A stretch of DNA of 64,000 bases from an uncultured delta proteobacterium (GCA_963806225.1 CAWDXG010000001.1:544001-608000); one strand, 5' to 3'; positions 10,288-22,589 are shown, counted from the stretch's first letter. The notes: generated by a model from the sequence alone, not told the origin. Program-made: numbers and translations.

Positions 10288-11103
10288 ATGCAGGGCGCAA
10301 GCGCCAAAGCGAATCGTGCGGGAATCGAGCTGGGATACTCGGTGCAGGGAGACGGCCCCGAAACAGTGCTCCTGATCCAGGGTCTGGGGGCACGGGCGGC
10401 GGACTGGGGGCCGGCGCTGCCGCGGGCACTCGCCGAGCGCTTCCGCGTCGTGATGTTCGACAACCGCGGAACGGGTTCGTCGTCCAGGCCGCGCGAGGCG
10501 TGGACGCTCGAGGACATGGCTCTGGACGCGCTGGCGGTGCTGGATTCAGTCGGTGCCGAGCGCGCGCACGTGGTCGGTGTTTCGATGGGCGGGATGATCG
10601 CCCAGCTCATCGCGCTCGATCATGCGTCGCGCGTCGAACGGCTCGTCTTTCTGTCGACGAATGCCGGCGGGCGTTCGGCCGTGCATCCGGGCCCGGAGAT
10701 GCTGAGCGTGTTCCAGCCGCCCCGGGGCACGCCGCCGGAGCAGATCATGCGACACGCGCTCGAGCTGATCGGCGCGCCGGGCTGGGCGGCGTCGCACCCT
10801 TCCGAGGTCGAGGAGCTGGTGCGGCTCTCGGTGGAGCAGCCGACGCCGAAATATGCTTTCAGCGCGCAGCTCCAGGCCTTGCTCTCGAGCGACCGTTCGG
10901 AGCGCGTCCGGGACATCGCGCAGCCGACGCTCGTCATCCACGGCGACGCCGATCGGCTGATTCCGGTCCAGAACGGCCGTTTGCTCGCAGAACGCATCCC
11001 CGGCGCGCGCCTGGCGATCCTCGACGGAGTTGGCCACATGGCGATGTGGGAAGCGCCCGAGCGGCTGTCCCGCGTCGTCGTCGATTTTCTCGCTGGAGGG
11101 TGA
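10288..11103 (+). CDS. Alpha/beta-fold hydrolase
   Basis: DNRGTG, GVSMGG nucleophile elbow, HGDAD and GH. Confidence 0.9.
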   Translation: MQGASAKANRAGIELGYSVQGDGPETVLLIQGLGARAADWGPALPRALAERFRVVMFDNRGTGSSSRPREAWTLEDMALDALAVLDSVGAERAHVVGVSMGGMIAQLIALDHASRVERLVFLSTNAGGRSAVHPGPEMLSVFQPPRGTPPEQIMRHALELIGAPGWAASHPSEVEELVRLSVEQPTPKYAFSAQLQALLSSDRSERVRDIAQPTLVIHGDADRLIPVQNGRLLAERIPGARLAILDGVGHMAMWEAPERLSRVVVDFLAGG

Positions 11104-11143
11104 TGGGTTTCCGACCGGGGCCGGCATCGTCTACGCTGAGGCG

Positions 11144-12670
11144 ATGATCGAAGAGGTGAAACTCAGCCCCAAGCTCACGCTCGACGACTATGCCTCCTAC
11201 GCGCATCTGGCCAATACCGTTGCCGAGCTGAGGAGCGAGGCCGGGCTCCTGTCGCCGAAGCTCTCGGGCCGCACGGTGTGGATGATCAACTCGACGGCCA
11301 AGGGTGGCGGCGTCGCCGAGATGCTGCCGCACTATGTGTCGCTCATGAACCAGATCGGCGTGAAGACGCGCTGGCTCGTCATCGGCACCGATCGGACGGA
11401 GTTCTTCAACTTCACGAAGAAGCTGCACAACCTGATTCACGGAGCCGGCGAACCGGAGATCACCCAGGACGAGCTCGAGCTCTACGAGACGGTGAGCCGG
11501 GAGCTGGCAGACGAGCTGCGCGGGTGGGTCGCCCCCGACGACATCCTGGTGGTGCACGATCCGCAGCCGGCGGGCATGGGGGCGAAGATCGCCGAGGAGC
11601 TCGGCGTGATGTGCATCTGGCGCTGCCACATCGGTCTCGACGCGGAGCTGCCCCAGACGCGGGTGGCCTGGGACTTCCTGAAGCCGTACATCGAGCAGTA
11701 CGACCAGAGCGTATGGACCGCGACGGAGTACATCCCGCACTACCTGTCGAGCAACGTCGCGGTGATCCATCCGTCCATCGACCCGCTGTCGCACAAGAAC
11801 CGGGAGCTTTCGGCGCACAAGCTCATCGGCGTCCTGTGCAACTCGGCCCTGCTCCGCCAATACGGGCCCGTGCTGACGCCGCCGTTCGAGACGCCCGTGC
11901 AGCGGCTCAAGCCCGACGGGAGCTTCGCGCCGGCGACGCAGGCCGACGAGCTGGGCGTGCCGTTCCGGCCCATCGTCACGCAGATTTCCCGCTGGGACAG
12001 GCTCAAAGGCTGGCGGCCGCTGCTCGACGCCTTCGTGACGCTCAAGCGGGACAGGGAACGGTTCATCGAGCCCGGAGACGATCGCCACCGCCAGCGCCTC
12101 GGCATCGTGCGGCTGGTGCTCGCCGGGCCGGAGCCGGCGGCCGTCCAGGACGACCCGGAGGCGAAGGAAGTGCTGGACGAGCTGTGCGACGCCTACAAGT
12201 CGCTGACACCGGACCTACAGGACGATGTCGCGCTCTTGAGCCTGCCGATGTCGTCGCTCAAGGTGAACGCGTTGATGGTCAACGCGCTGCAGCGCTGCTC
12301 GACCGTGGTCGTCCAGAACTCGCTGCGCGAAGGCTTCGGACTGACCGCGACCGAGGCGATGTGGAAGCGCACGCCGGTACTCGGCAGCTCGGCGTGCGGA
12401 CTCCGCCAGCAGATCCGCAACGACATCGACGGTCACCTCGTGGACGATCCTGAAGACGTGCACGAGGTGGCGGACGCGCTATCGCGCCTGCTTTCTGATC
12501 CGCTGCAGCGCGATGCCCTTTCGCGCCGCGCCCAGCGTCGCGTGCACGACGAATTCCTGGTGTTCAAGCAGGTCATGCGCTGGATCCGGCTGCTCGCGTC
12601 CACGGTCGAACCGCGGCGGACCTCGTCGCGGCCCGCTTCGATCCGGCCGCTGCCGTCGCGCCGCCGCTAG
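11144..12670 (+). CDS. GT4 glycosyltransferase, trehalose synthase TreT-like
   Basis: NSTAKGGGVAEML, HDPQP, WRCHI, SRWDRLKG and EGFGLT motifs. Confidence 0.85.
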   Translation: MIEEVKLSPKLTLDDYASYAHLANTVAELRSEAGLLSPKLSGRTVWMINSTAKGGGVAEMLPHYVSLMNQIGVKTRWLVIGTDRTEFFNFTKKLHNLIHGAGEPEITQDELELYETVSRELADELRGWVAPDDILVVHDPQPAGMGAKIAEELGVMCIWRCHIGLDAELPQTRVAWDFLKPYIEQYDQSVWTATEYIPHYLSSNVAVIHPSIDPLSHKNRELSAHKLIGVLCNSALLRQYGPVLTPPFETPVQRLKPDGSFAPATQADELGVPFRPIVTQISRWDRLKGWRPLLDAFVTLKRDRERFIEPGDDRHRQRLGIVRLVLAGPEPAAVQDDPEAKEVLDELCDAYKSLTPDLQDDVALLSLPMSSLKVNALMVNALQRCSTVVVQNSLREGFGLTATEAMWKRTPVLGSSACGLRQQIRNDIDGHLVDDPEDVHEVADALSRLLSDPLQRDALSRRAQRRVHDEFLVFKQVMRWIRLLASTVEPRRTSSRPASIRPLPSRRR

Positions 12671-14037
12671 CGGGCGCTCGCAACGCGCGCGGTGCTCGAG
12701 GCGACCTCGAGGAATTCGCGGCCCAACTCCTGGCCGAACCGGTCCTTGACCTCGACGCGGACGACCCACGGACCGGGACCGGCGCGTGCGGGAACGATGC
12801 TCGTCAGCGTGTCCCCCCGCCGTGTCCAGTGCACATTCACCGGCGAACCGTTGATGCTGACTTGAGTCTCGATCTTGATCGACGAGGGAATGGGGTGATT
12901 GTTCCAGTCGACGACGCGCACGGCCACGTGGACCGTGTCGCTGGGCCAGCGGGCCAGCTGCGGACCGATCTCGATGCGAGCCGACAGGCCCAGAGGTGCG
13001 AGCGTGAGCGATGCGGAATCTCGAGTCGCGCCTGCTTGGCGGAATCGAACGCGCGTGGCGTGCCCGCGCGCCAGACCAATGCTGACCGGGGCGGGGATGT
13101 AGGAGGACGCCGCGTCGTAGCTCACCTGGACGCCCTCGACGTGTTTGAAGTGAACGCGCTGTCCGCGACGAAGGAGCACCGCGCCGCCCGACATGAACGA
13201 ACCTGCGGGTAGGTCCACGCCGACGACGCGCACGCTGTCGGGAGCCGACATCGGTCCTTCCAGGCCAAAGCGATCGACGGGCTGCGCACGCACCTCGTAG
13301 AGGCCCGGGCCCAGTTGGTCGATACGGGCGGTGTGGGTCGAAGTGCGCAGGCTGCGCACCAGGGTGCCGTCTGGACGCGAAACGCTGACATTGTAGCGGG
13401 CCGCGCCCGGTACCGGCAGCCACACTGCCGTCGTCTCGCCGCTCGCGCCCTGGAGCGACAGCAGCAGCGGATCCGACATGGCGATGTGCGTCGCTCCGAG
13501 CAATCGGTGCGGTTTCCCCGATGGATCCGCCGGGCTGATGCTGCGTGCCATGCCCTCCCGGAGCGGTCGCCATTCGTTGCCCAGCGCGGCGACCATGTTG
13601 CCTCGCGCGGCCGCCACCGTCACGCCGGCCGCTGAGCTGAGAACGATGCCGTGGCCGCCTTCGACGACCGCGCTCACCTGGCGCGGTGCGCGCACCAGGA
13701 CAGCGACCCGGAGCGGTTTGGCAACGGGCACCCACACGTCGATTCGGCCTTCCAGCAGATCGAGCGAGCGCGCGGGCGTGGAAGCCTGTCCCGCCCTTCC
13801 GAGCACGAGCTGCGTGGAGCGCTCGAAACGCACTCGCGTGCCAGGAGCCAGGCGGAGCTTGATGCCGTCCGCCAGCTTGGCGGTCGTGCCGTCAGCGCCA
13901 CCGCGCATTTCGCTGCCGGGCGCGCCGATCGGGTCCGCAGACTTTGCAGACCGCGGGGTCTGGGCCCCTGCCAACGGAGCGGCGAGCAGAGTGACGGCAA
14001 TCAATGACGCCGCAATGCCGAACCTCGTGTGTGTCAT
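12667..14037 (-). CDS. Secreted protein with FecR-like N-terminal and FN3/Ig-like domains; paralogue of 43497-44855
   Basis: Signal peptide; beta-rich; FN3-like W-x-P-V...Y-x-V...PG-x-Y-x-V-R pattern. Confidence 0.7.
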   Translation of the reverse strand: MTHTRFGIAASLIAVTLLAAPLAGAQTPRSAKSADPIGAPGSEMRGGADGTTAKLADGIKLRLAPGTRVRFERSTQLVLGRAGQASTPARSLDLLEGRIDVWVPVAKPLRVAVLVRAPRQVSAVVEGGHGIVLSSAAGVTVAAARGNMVAALGNEWRPLREGMARSISPADPSGKPHRLLGATHIAMSDPLLLSLQGASGETTAVWLPVPGAARYNVSVSRPDGTLVRSLRTSTHTARIDQLGPGLYEVRAQPVDRFGLEGPMSAPDSVRVVGVDLPAGSFMSGGAVLLRRGQRVHFKHVEGVQVSYDAASSYIPAPVSIGLARGHATRVRFRQAGATRDSASLTLAPLGLSARIEIGPQLARWPSDTVHVAVRVVDWNNHPIPSSIKIETQVSINGSPVNVHWTRRGDTLTSIVPARAGPGPWVVRVEVKDRFGQELGREFLEVASSTARVASAR

Positions 14038-14095
14038 CAGTCCCCACTACGGCCGCGCGCGGAGTAGTCTTGAGGGCAGGGTTGGAGGTTTTGTG

Positions 14096-15910
14096 ATGGC
14101 TTGTCGAACGCGGCGCGTTGTTTCTGTGGGATTGACATCGGTTGCCCTGGCTCTGGCCTTCGCGGCATGTGGGAACGGCGGCAGCGGCTCGGGGGCCGCC
14201 GCGACCGGGGGTAGCGGCGGCGGCGGCGGACACGGTGGCAAAGGCGGAAACGGCGGAGGCGTGAGCGGCGGCAGCTCCACCGGCGGCAAGCGCAACCCGA
14301 CCTGCAAGCCGGGCACAAGCCAGGGCGCCGTGCAGAAGCCGGTGTTCTGGAAGCACCTCGAAGGCCAGACCAGCTGGTACGCGTCGCCGGTCGTCGCGGA
14401 TCTCGACGGTGACGGCAAGAACGAGCTCATCGCCGCCTACTACAAGCTGTATGTCTTCGACAGCCAGGGCAAGTTGCTCGACAGCGTCGACCCGGGTTCG
14501 GGGCGTGTCTACGCGCCGCACGTCGTGACCGACCTGGAAGGCGACGGCGTCATGGACATCGTTGCGGGCGAGGGCGGCAAGGTCTACGCCTACGAGTGGC
14601 GGAACAAGAAGCTGGTGCCGAAGCCAGGCTGGCCGGTCGACACGACGACCGCGGGCCAGACGCCCGAGGTGAGGGGACTGGCGGCGGCCGACCTGGATGG
14701 CAACGGCTCGATCGAGATCGTCGCGACGACGACCCAGACCGCCAAGACCTCCGACGGCGGCGCGCAGGTGTTTGTCTATGAGCCGGACGGCAAGATGTAC
14801 CAGCCGGCGGGCATCAGCTGGCAGGCGTGGCCGCGCTACAACAACAAGACAGGGACGGGAAACGACGCGGACCGCAACGGCATGGGGCACAGCGGCTTCG
14901 GCTGCTACGGGCTGAACGTCGGGATCGGCAACATCGACGACGATCCTGACCTGGAGATCCTCGTCACGTACGACAACCACCACATCCAGGCGTTCAAGAA
15001 AGACGGCGTTGCCATCGACTCGTCGTCCTGGTTCACCAACCGCGACAGCAAGTACGCGGGGAAGCGGTTGACCTGGGGCCAGTTCATCCGCTGGGCGGAT
15101 CCGGCGGTGGAGAAGGCGCAATACCACGACCACACCGGTGCCTGGCCGGACATCAAACAGACGCCCTGGTTGCAGTGGACCGCTTCGCCACCGAACGTCG
15201 TTGATCTGGATGGCGACGGAAAGAACGAAGTCGTCGGCGTGCCCAACGTCGAGGAGCACGAGCCGTACGTGACGCAGTACTACGCCATCATGGCGCTGGA
15301 CGGCGCGTACGGCGACGGCAGCCGTTCGGCGATGCGCCACACGGGATGGGAGACGCTGCCGCACGGCGACAAGCCGATGCAGGTGAGCGGATACTACCCG
15401 CCCAGCGGCGTGCCGGCGCCGACCACCGTGAACATCCAGGGCGACTCGCACCCTGAAATCGTCGTCTCGCTGAACGACGGCTTCGTCTACTGCTTCGACT
15501 ACACCGGCAAGCGCATCTGGCGCTTCAACTACACCTTCGGCAAGAAGATCATGTACGCCTCCGAGGTCACGGTCGCGGACCTGAACCAGGATGGCTCGCC
15601 GGAGCTCCTGTTCACCACGTATGGCGACCCCAACGTGCAGGACTCGGGGCACCTGGTGATCCTGGGCGCCGACGGTTCGTTGCTCTGGGATACTCCGCTG
15701 CCGAACCCCGGCCACAACGGCAACGGCAACGGCGCGCCCGCCGCGCCGGCCGTCGGCGACCTGGACGGCGACGGCGTGCTCGAGGTGTTCGTGCAGACCT
15801 TCGACCACGCCATGGACGTGTTCAAGATCCCGGGCTCGGCCGACAACTGCATGCTGTGGCCCACGGCGCGCGGGGGACCCTTGCGCATGGGGCAGCCCAA
15901 CGGCGGCTGA
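14096..15910 (+). CDS. FG-GAP/VCBS repeat lipoprotein
   Basis: Lipobox AACG, Gly-rich linker, repeated DLDGDG-x-x-E motifs. Confidence 0.85.
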   Translation: MACRTRRVVSVGLTSVALALAFAACGNGGSGSGAAATGGSGGGGGHGGKGGNGGGVSGGSSTGGKRNPTCKPGTSQGAVQKPVFWKHLEGQTSWYASPVVADLDGDGKNELIAAYYKLYVFDSQGKLLDSVDPGSGRVYAPHVVTDLEGDGVMDIVAGEGGKVYAYEWRNKKLVPKPGWPVDTTTAGQTPEVRGLAAADLDGNGSIEIVATTTQTAKTSDGGAQVFVYEPDGKMYQPAGISWQAWPRYNNKTGTGNDADRNGMGHSGFGCYGLNVGIGNIDDDPDLEILVTYDNHHIQAFKKDGVAIDSSSWFTNRDSKYAGKRLTWGQFIRWADPAVEKAQYHDHTGAWPDIKQTPWLQWTASPPNVVDLDGDGKNEVVGVPNVEEHEPYVTQYYAIMALDGAYGDGSRSAMRHTGWETLPHGDKPMQVSGYYPPSGVPAPTTVNIQGDSHPEIVVSLNDGFVYCFDYTGKRIWRFNYTFGKKIMYASEVTVADLNQDGSPELLFTTYGDPNVQDSGHLVILGADGSLLWDTPLPNPGHNGNGNGAPAAPAVGDLDGDGVLEVFVQTFDHAMDVFKIPGSADNCMLWPTARGGPLRMGQPNGG

Positions 15911-15914
15911 GCGT

Positions 15915-16991
15915 TTGAAGCGCTGCGCTCTCCACCCGGACGCGGGGAGCGCAGCCGTGTGCTGCCACTGCGGGCGGGCGCTCTGCGACGAGTGTTTCCG
16001 CCACGTGGTGGACGACGTGCCCTGGTGCGACGCCTGCGTCGACGCGCTGTCGCGCGATCGGCAGGCGCGCGCGGCAATGGGCGGCAGCTTCGTGCTGATC
16101 GCCTGGGGCCTGCTCTTCTATGCCTCGCGCTTCCGGCCGATCGCCTCGGACTCGGGGGCCGTGGTCCTCTTCGGTGGTATCACCGCGATGGGTCTCGGGC
16201 TGTGCATCGGCTGGCCACGACGGCGCGAGCGCACCGTGCGCGAGCGCGAGCCGGCGGAAAGGTTCGAGGGTGTCGGACCAGCGCAGCCGTACCGCGCGCG
16301 TCTGCGCCGCGTCGCGCGTGCGGCCGTGGCGCCGCTTTCGGCGAAAAATACCGTGCTGGCGGTGGCGATCAGCATGCTCGTGGCGGCGGTGCTGGTGCCA
16401 GTGAGACTGAAGCTGCCGCATTGGCTGGAGAGTGAGCTGGTGCTTGCCGCGTGGTGGGCGGTGCTGGCGGCCACGCTCGCGCTGTTGCTCTATCGCGGTA
16501 GCGGGCTGGTGGACGACTACCACTACCGGCCACCGCGAATATTGCACTCGCAATCCCTCGCTGGAAGCGGAGCCGGCGAAGGGAGCACGCCGGCGCGCGG
16601 CGCAGCGCGCAAGAGCAGGCGTGGGAAGCGCATTCGCGGAAAGGCCAAGCGCGACAAGAGCGGGCTCAGCTTGCTCGAGATGCTCAACCCGCTCAACTGG
16701 CTGGAAGCGGGGGAGGCTTTTGTCGTTGTCGCGGTCGTCGCTGTCGCTCTGCTTGCCGCGTTCGCGGTCGCGTGGCTGCTGGTCGAGGCGCTCCTGCCAC
16801 TTGTGTTCGTCGCTGTCTACTACCTGCTCCGCCGCGCACTGGCTCGCGCCGCCGCCGACCCGCGCGATTGTCGTCGCCGCCCGGCGCGATCGCTCTTCTG
16901 GGGAGCCGTCTGGTCGGCGATCTACGTCGTGCCGCTCGGTCTCTTGGTGTGGGGAGTGCACGCCGTGTTGCGCTGGAAGCACGGCGGCTGA
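15915..16991 (+). CDS. Membrane protein with N-terminal B-box-like zinc finger
   Basis: C-x2-H...C-x2-C-x4-C-x2-C...C-x2-C followed by several TM segments. Confidence 0.7.
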   Translation: MKRCALHPDAGSAAVCCHCGRALCDECFRHVVDDVPWCDACVDALSRDRQARAAMGGSFVLIAWGLLFYASRFRPIASDSGAVVLFGGITAMGLGLCIGWPRRRERTVREREPAERFEGVGPAQPYRARLRRVARAAVAPLSAKNTVLAVAISMLVAAVLVPVRLKLPHWLESELVLAAWWAVLAATLALLLYRGSGLVDDYHYRPPRILHSQSLAGSGAGEGSTPARGAARKSRRGKRIRGKAKRDKSGLSLLEMLNPLNWLEAGEAFVVVAVVAVALLAAFAVAWLLVEALLPLVFVAVYYLLRRALARAAADPRDCRRRPARSLFWGAVWSAIYVVPLGLLVWGVHAVLRWKHGG

Positions 16992-17001
16992 CGCCGTCTC
17001 G

Positions 17002-18174
17002 TCAGCCGTGCGCGGCCAGGAAATAGATCGTCAGTCCGAAGATTGCGATCATCGTTGCGGTCTCGAGCCAATTGACCTTGCCGTCGTCCTGAATCGCCTT
17101 CCACAGAATGAGCATGGTCGGGAAGCCGAGCAGGAGCACGCTGGTGGTGTCCAGATCGATGGGCAGCACGCCGCCGCTCGGAGTGAGCGGGATGACACCG
17201 GTCTGGCCGAAGGCCGCGAGCAGGATCAACGCGATCGGCATCACGACGAAGGGCACCTGGTTCACCTGGCCCGAGGCGTTGGCGAGCGCCACGTCGTACA
17301 TGCCCTTTGCGTGGGCCGAAGCGACCATCACGAACGCGCCGGCGGAGGCGAACAGGCTCAAGACGAGCGCGCCGACCATGCGCGGATAGCCCGCGCGCGC
17401 CAGCGTTCCCACGAGGATGTCCGCGAAGTCGCCGACGGCGTGTCCGCCGAGCACACTCGCGCCGACGCCGAGCAGGCCGTAGAGCACGATGGCTGTGAGC
17501 GACGGTAGCGACGTGGCCGCGTCGCCCTTGCCCTTGGCCGCGGAGACGCTCTGCTCGTCGGAGCCGCCGAAGCGCTTGACCAGACGCGCGACGGCGACCA
17601 CCTCCACGAAGAGCAGCGCGCCTCCGAGCACGTAGAGGTCGCCTGCGCCCAGCGCATCACCTTTGTGCTTGCCGGCGTCGAACGCGTACATGAGCAACAT
17701 GATGGCGCCGGTGGCGAAGAACGCGCCGCCCGCGCAGGCGTAGAGGTCCGTGCTCAGCTCGACCAGCGGCGCGGGCATCGCCGCCGCTCCGCGTTCGTCG
17801 CGGGGCAGAAGCGCACTGTAGATGCCGAAGGCGGCTGCGCCGACGTGCAGCGTGACGGCCGTGACGATGAACCCGACCCGCGGCGTGGCGGCCAGAACGA
17901 AGGCGAGCATCACGAGCTCCGGGATGTTGCTCGCGAGACCGGCCATGGTGCCGGCGACGAACTCGTTCATGCGGCGGCGGCGCGCCAGGCCGTCGACCGA
18001 CTTGATCATCGACTCGCAGGCGCCGAACACGACCAGGAGCCCGCCGACGCCGAGCAGCCCCGCGTGCAACCACCCGGGCATGCTCGCGCCGAGGGCCATC
18101 GCGGCGCCGATCATCACGCCGCCGCCGATCAGCGCCCCTATCCACGCCTTGCCTTCTCCGCCGCTACCGGACAT
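17002..18174 (-). CDS. Ca2+/cation antiporter (CaCA)-like membrane protein
   Basis: Alpha-1 repeat GLASNIPE, about 10 TM helices, C-terminal DDGKVNWLE. Confidence 0.7.
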   Translation of the reverse strand: MSGSGGEGKAWIGALIGGGVMIGAAMALGASMPGWLHAGLLGVGGLLVVFGACESMIKSVDGLARRRRMNEFVAGTMAGLASNIPELVMLAFVLAATPRVGFIVTAVTLHVGAAAFGIYSALLPRDERGAAAMPAPLVELSTDLYACAGGAFFATGAIMLLMYAFDAGKHKGDALGAGDLYVLGGALLFVEVVAVARLVKRFGGSDEQSVSAAKGKGDAATSLPSLTAIVLYGLLGVGASVLGGHAVGDFADILVGTLARAGYPRMVGALVLSLFASAGAFVMVASAHAKGMYDVALANASGQVNQVPFVVMPIALILLAAFGQTGVIPLTPSGGVLPIDLDTTSVLLLGFPTMLILWKAIQDDGKVNWLETATMIAIFGLTIYFLAAHG

Positions 18175-18258
18175 CCCGCGCCGCACCTCCTCCTACCGTG
18201 CCGCGGGGACTCTACAGCACGAGGTGCGCGGGGGAACCCCCGACGAGGGATCGCGCGT

Positions 18259-19777
<1,519 letters not shown>

Positions 19778-19905
19778 GGCGAAAGGAGGGTACCACAGCG
19801 CCCCCGCGTCGTCCGGCGCGGGCAGACCAGCAGGATGGGGCGGAATTCCCCAGCCAGGGCGCCGATACTTGACGCATCGGGCACGCGGTTGCACCGCTGG
19901 TCGGC

Positions 19906-20850
19906 GTGAAGCTCGTGACCGCGTGCGCCGTTGCCCTCGCCCTGATCCCGGCTTGCGACCCGAGCGAGAAGCCGCCGCCCGCGCCCGCGGGCGGGACGAA
20001 ATCCGCCGCGCTGCCGCGCGAGTCGGCCGAGCCGGCCGAGCCGTCGCGCGGGGAGAAGGCGGAAGCGCCGGAGCCTGATCACCCGCCGGGCGCGGTGCCC
20101 TTCGACTATCCCGCTGTCACTGCCACCGCGAAGAAGGGGGACTACCTGCTGGCCCCCTCGAAGAACTGGATCGCCGAAGCCTTCGAGAAGGGCGGGAGCA
20201 AGCAGACGTTCATCTACTACGGCGGCTGGATGCTCGAGCCCGGCGACAGGGCTTCGACCATCAAGACGCTCACCGGTGTCGAGTCGATCATCCCGAACGC
20301 GATGATCATCCCGGTCCCGGCGGGCGGCACGGCGAAGCCGGGCGACATTCTGCTCACCACGTGGCAGTCCGGCTCGGGTATGCAGCGCGCGATCGTGGTC
20401 GAGGGGGGCAAACCGGACCGACCGGAGGTCCGCTACCTCGATCTGGCTCTCGACAACCCCTCGGGCTGGGGCAAGCAGGTCGACACGCTCGAGGCGAACA
20501 CCTTCATGAAGCTCGAGCACCCGGGGCAGGTGGGCACTACCGCGGCGTGCACCACCGGTGCGCGCCGCACACGCTGGATCATCACGAACATCGCTGGCGA
20601 CAAGCTGCTGGCCATCGGCTTCGCGGGCAGGATGCGCGTGTTCCAGCGGAAGGACTGCAAGACCCTGCCGATCAAGCCAAGGCTCCGCGCGGGGGACAAG
20701 GTGATGGTGCCGCTGGTCGACGGCTACGCCGAAGCGCAGGTCGAAAAGGTCGACCCTGCCATCGGCCGCGTGTGGGCGCGCTACAGCTTCGGCGGCAAGG
20801 ACAAGGAGCGCGCCTTCGCCTTCACGAACGTCGCCCGGAAGCTGCAGTGA
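19906..20850 (+). CDS. Hypothetical lipoprotein
   Basis: Lipobox IPAC, Pro-rich linker, coding-like GC3. Confidence 0.75.
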   Translation: MKLVTACAVALALIPACDPSEKPPPAPAGGTKSAALPRESAEPAEPSRGEKAEAPEPDHPPGAVPFDYPAVTATAKKGDYLLAPSKNWIAEAFEKGGSKQTFIYYGGWMLEPGDRASTIKTLTGVESIIPNAMIIPVPAGGTAKPGDILLTTWQSGSGMQRAIVVEGGKPDRPEVRYLDLALDNPSGWGKQVDTLEANTFMKLEHPGQVGTTAACTTGARRTRWIITNIAGDKLLAIGFAGRMRVFQRKDCKTLPIKPRLRAGDKVMVPLVDGYAEAQVEKVDPAIGRVWARYSFGGKDKERAFAFTNVARKLQ

Positions 20851-20857
20851 GGCGCTG

Positions 20858-21944
20858 CTACGGGCACAACGTTCCGGCCTTGATCGGTTCGCAGCTCTGC
20901 GTCTGGAAGTTGCAGAAACAACCCTTCGTGCAGGTGACGCCGCACGCGCTCTCGCACTTCCCGTTGACGCAGGCGTAGCCGTAGCCGCACGTCGAGTTCA
21001 CGGTGCAGACGCACACGCCCTGGCCGGTGCAGGACGGCGTGTTCGCGGGGCAAAGCGTGTTTTTGTAGCCCTGGCCATCCGGGTTGCAGACCCGGCTTGT
21101 GCTACCGGTCTTGCAGCTCATGGCGCCGGGGACGCACACATCGCACTGGCCGTTGGTGGCATCGCACAGAGAGGCGGACAAGCACGTCTGCACGCTGGAG
21201 AAGCCCGACTGCGAGGCGTTGCACTTCTCGAGCATCGCGCCGCTGCATTGGTACTGACCGGAGATGCACGCAGCGGTCGTGCAGGTCCTGGCGCCTGCGT
21301 TGCAGAGCGCGTCGCTCTGGCAGGTCTGGACGGTCACGAACGAAGTATGGCCCGCCGAGCATTTTTCGAGTGTTGGACCGGTGCAGCGATACTCGCCGTC
21401 CTTGCAGGCGGCACATTGGTCGCCGCTTCCGAGCAGACACAGCTCGGCGCTGTCGCAGGACGCCAGCGTGGTCGTGCTGACCAGAATCCGGGCCGCACTT
21501 CACACGCTCCGCGCCCGCGCAGACGATGCTGCCCGGAGCCTGGCCAAGGCAATCCGCGACCGGGGTTGCACAACGTTTGGCGTCCGTCGCGGGCAGCGAC
21601 GAGTCGCACAGCTGCCCGTTGGTGCACTCCGCGGCCTTGTGCCAGGTGCCGCTTGCGCACTGGACGACGCGCGCCTGTGCCGGGCCCGCGCATGCAAAGC
21701 TGCCGTCCGGGGTGCAGGGCGCGCCGACCGTGGAGCCGCCCGCGCCACCGGTGGTGTTGCCTCCCGCGCCGACGCCCCCAGTGCCGCCGGTGCCCGCGGT
21801 CCCGTCCAATCCGGCGCCCGCATCGCCTGCCGCTCCGCCCGCGCCGGCGGAGCCCTTCGCTTTCAGCGAGCCCATCGACCCGGTGCTGCAGCCCGCCAGA
21901 AGCAGACCAAACAGGATGGCGCCAGGAGCCCTCATGAGTAGCAT
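20858..21944 (-). CDS. Cys-rich repeat lipoprotein (frameshift near 21485)
   Basis: Lipobox LAGC, Gly-rich tether, repeated C-x-G-x2-L-x2-C modules across two frames. Confidence 0.75.
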
Positions 21945-22015
21945 AGGCTACCACTTCTGCCGCTCCGCTACAGCACAGCGCCTGGCGCCCGGATGCCCGC
22001 GGGGTAGAGTGCGGC

Positions 22016-22450
22016 ATGCGTGCTTTGGTCCGGCTGGTGCCGGCTCTGATGGTGGCGGCGACGCTGGCGGTCGCCGGCTGCGGCACGGTGACGTACGTGC
22101 TTCAGGAATACGGCGGGGAGCCTCGTTCAGCGGACTCGGTCGCGATTGTACGCATCACCAGCCGCGATCCGCTGCACGTCAGCTCTGTCGACGGCGATCC
22201 GCTCGACGTGCGCCTGGACCCGGACACGCGCGTCCACGTAGAGATGCTGCCCGGCGAGCACGTGCTCGGCGTGTACCGGCCCGACGCGGAGATCCCCATC
22301 GAGCAGAAGGTACGCTTCCTGGCTTCGCCGGGCAGGACGTACGCGGTCGTGATGGCGGAGGCACCGCCCGGAAGCGCAACGCCCTGGACGGGCCGCGTCT
22401 ACGAGATCGACCGGAGCTCGGGCACGCGCATTCACGACGCGACGCGCTAG
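22016..22450 (+). CDS. Hypothetical lipoprotein
   Basis: Lipobox VAGC; small beta-rich domain. Confidence 0.7.
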   Translation: MRALVRLVPALMVAATLAVAGCGTVTYVLQEYGGEPRSADSVAIVRITSRDPLHVSSVDGDPLDVRLDPDTRVHVEMLPGEHVLGVYRPDAEIPIEQKVRFLASPGRTYAVVMAEAPPGSATPWTGRVYEIDRSSGTRIHDATR

Positions 22451-22572
22451 GGAGCTGCACCCGCGAAAGCGTTGCGCGCCGGAGCTGTCGTGCGCGTGGA
22501 ATGTTCGCTGGGCTCGCTCGAACCGTTCGGCCGCCCGTGTGTCGCGTCGCCTGTTGTCGCGGGGTTTGCCGG

Positions 22573-22589
22573 TTGGCCTGCTCGTTGCT
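22573..22589 (+). promoter_or_regulatory. Putative sigma-54 promoter
   Basis: TTGGCCTGCTCGTTGCT = GG-N10-GC with TTGC, about 70 bp upstream of the gene at 22660. Confidence 0.5.
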
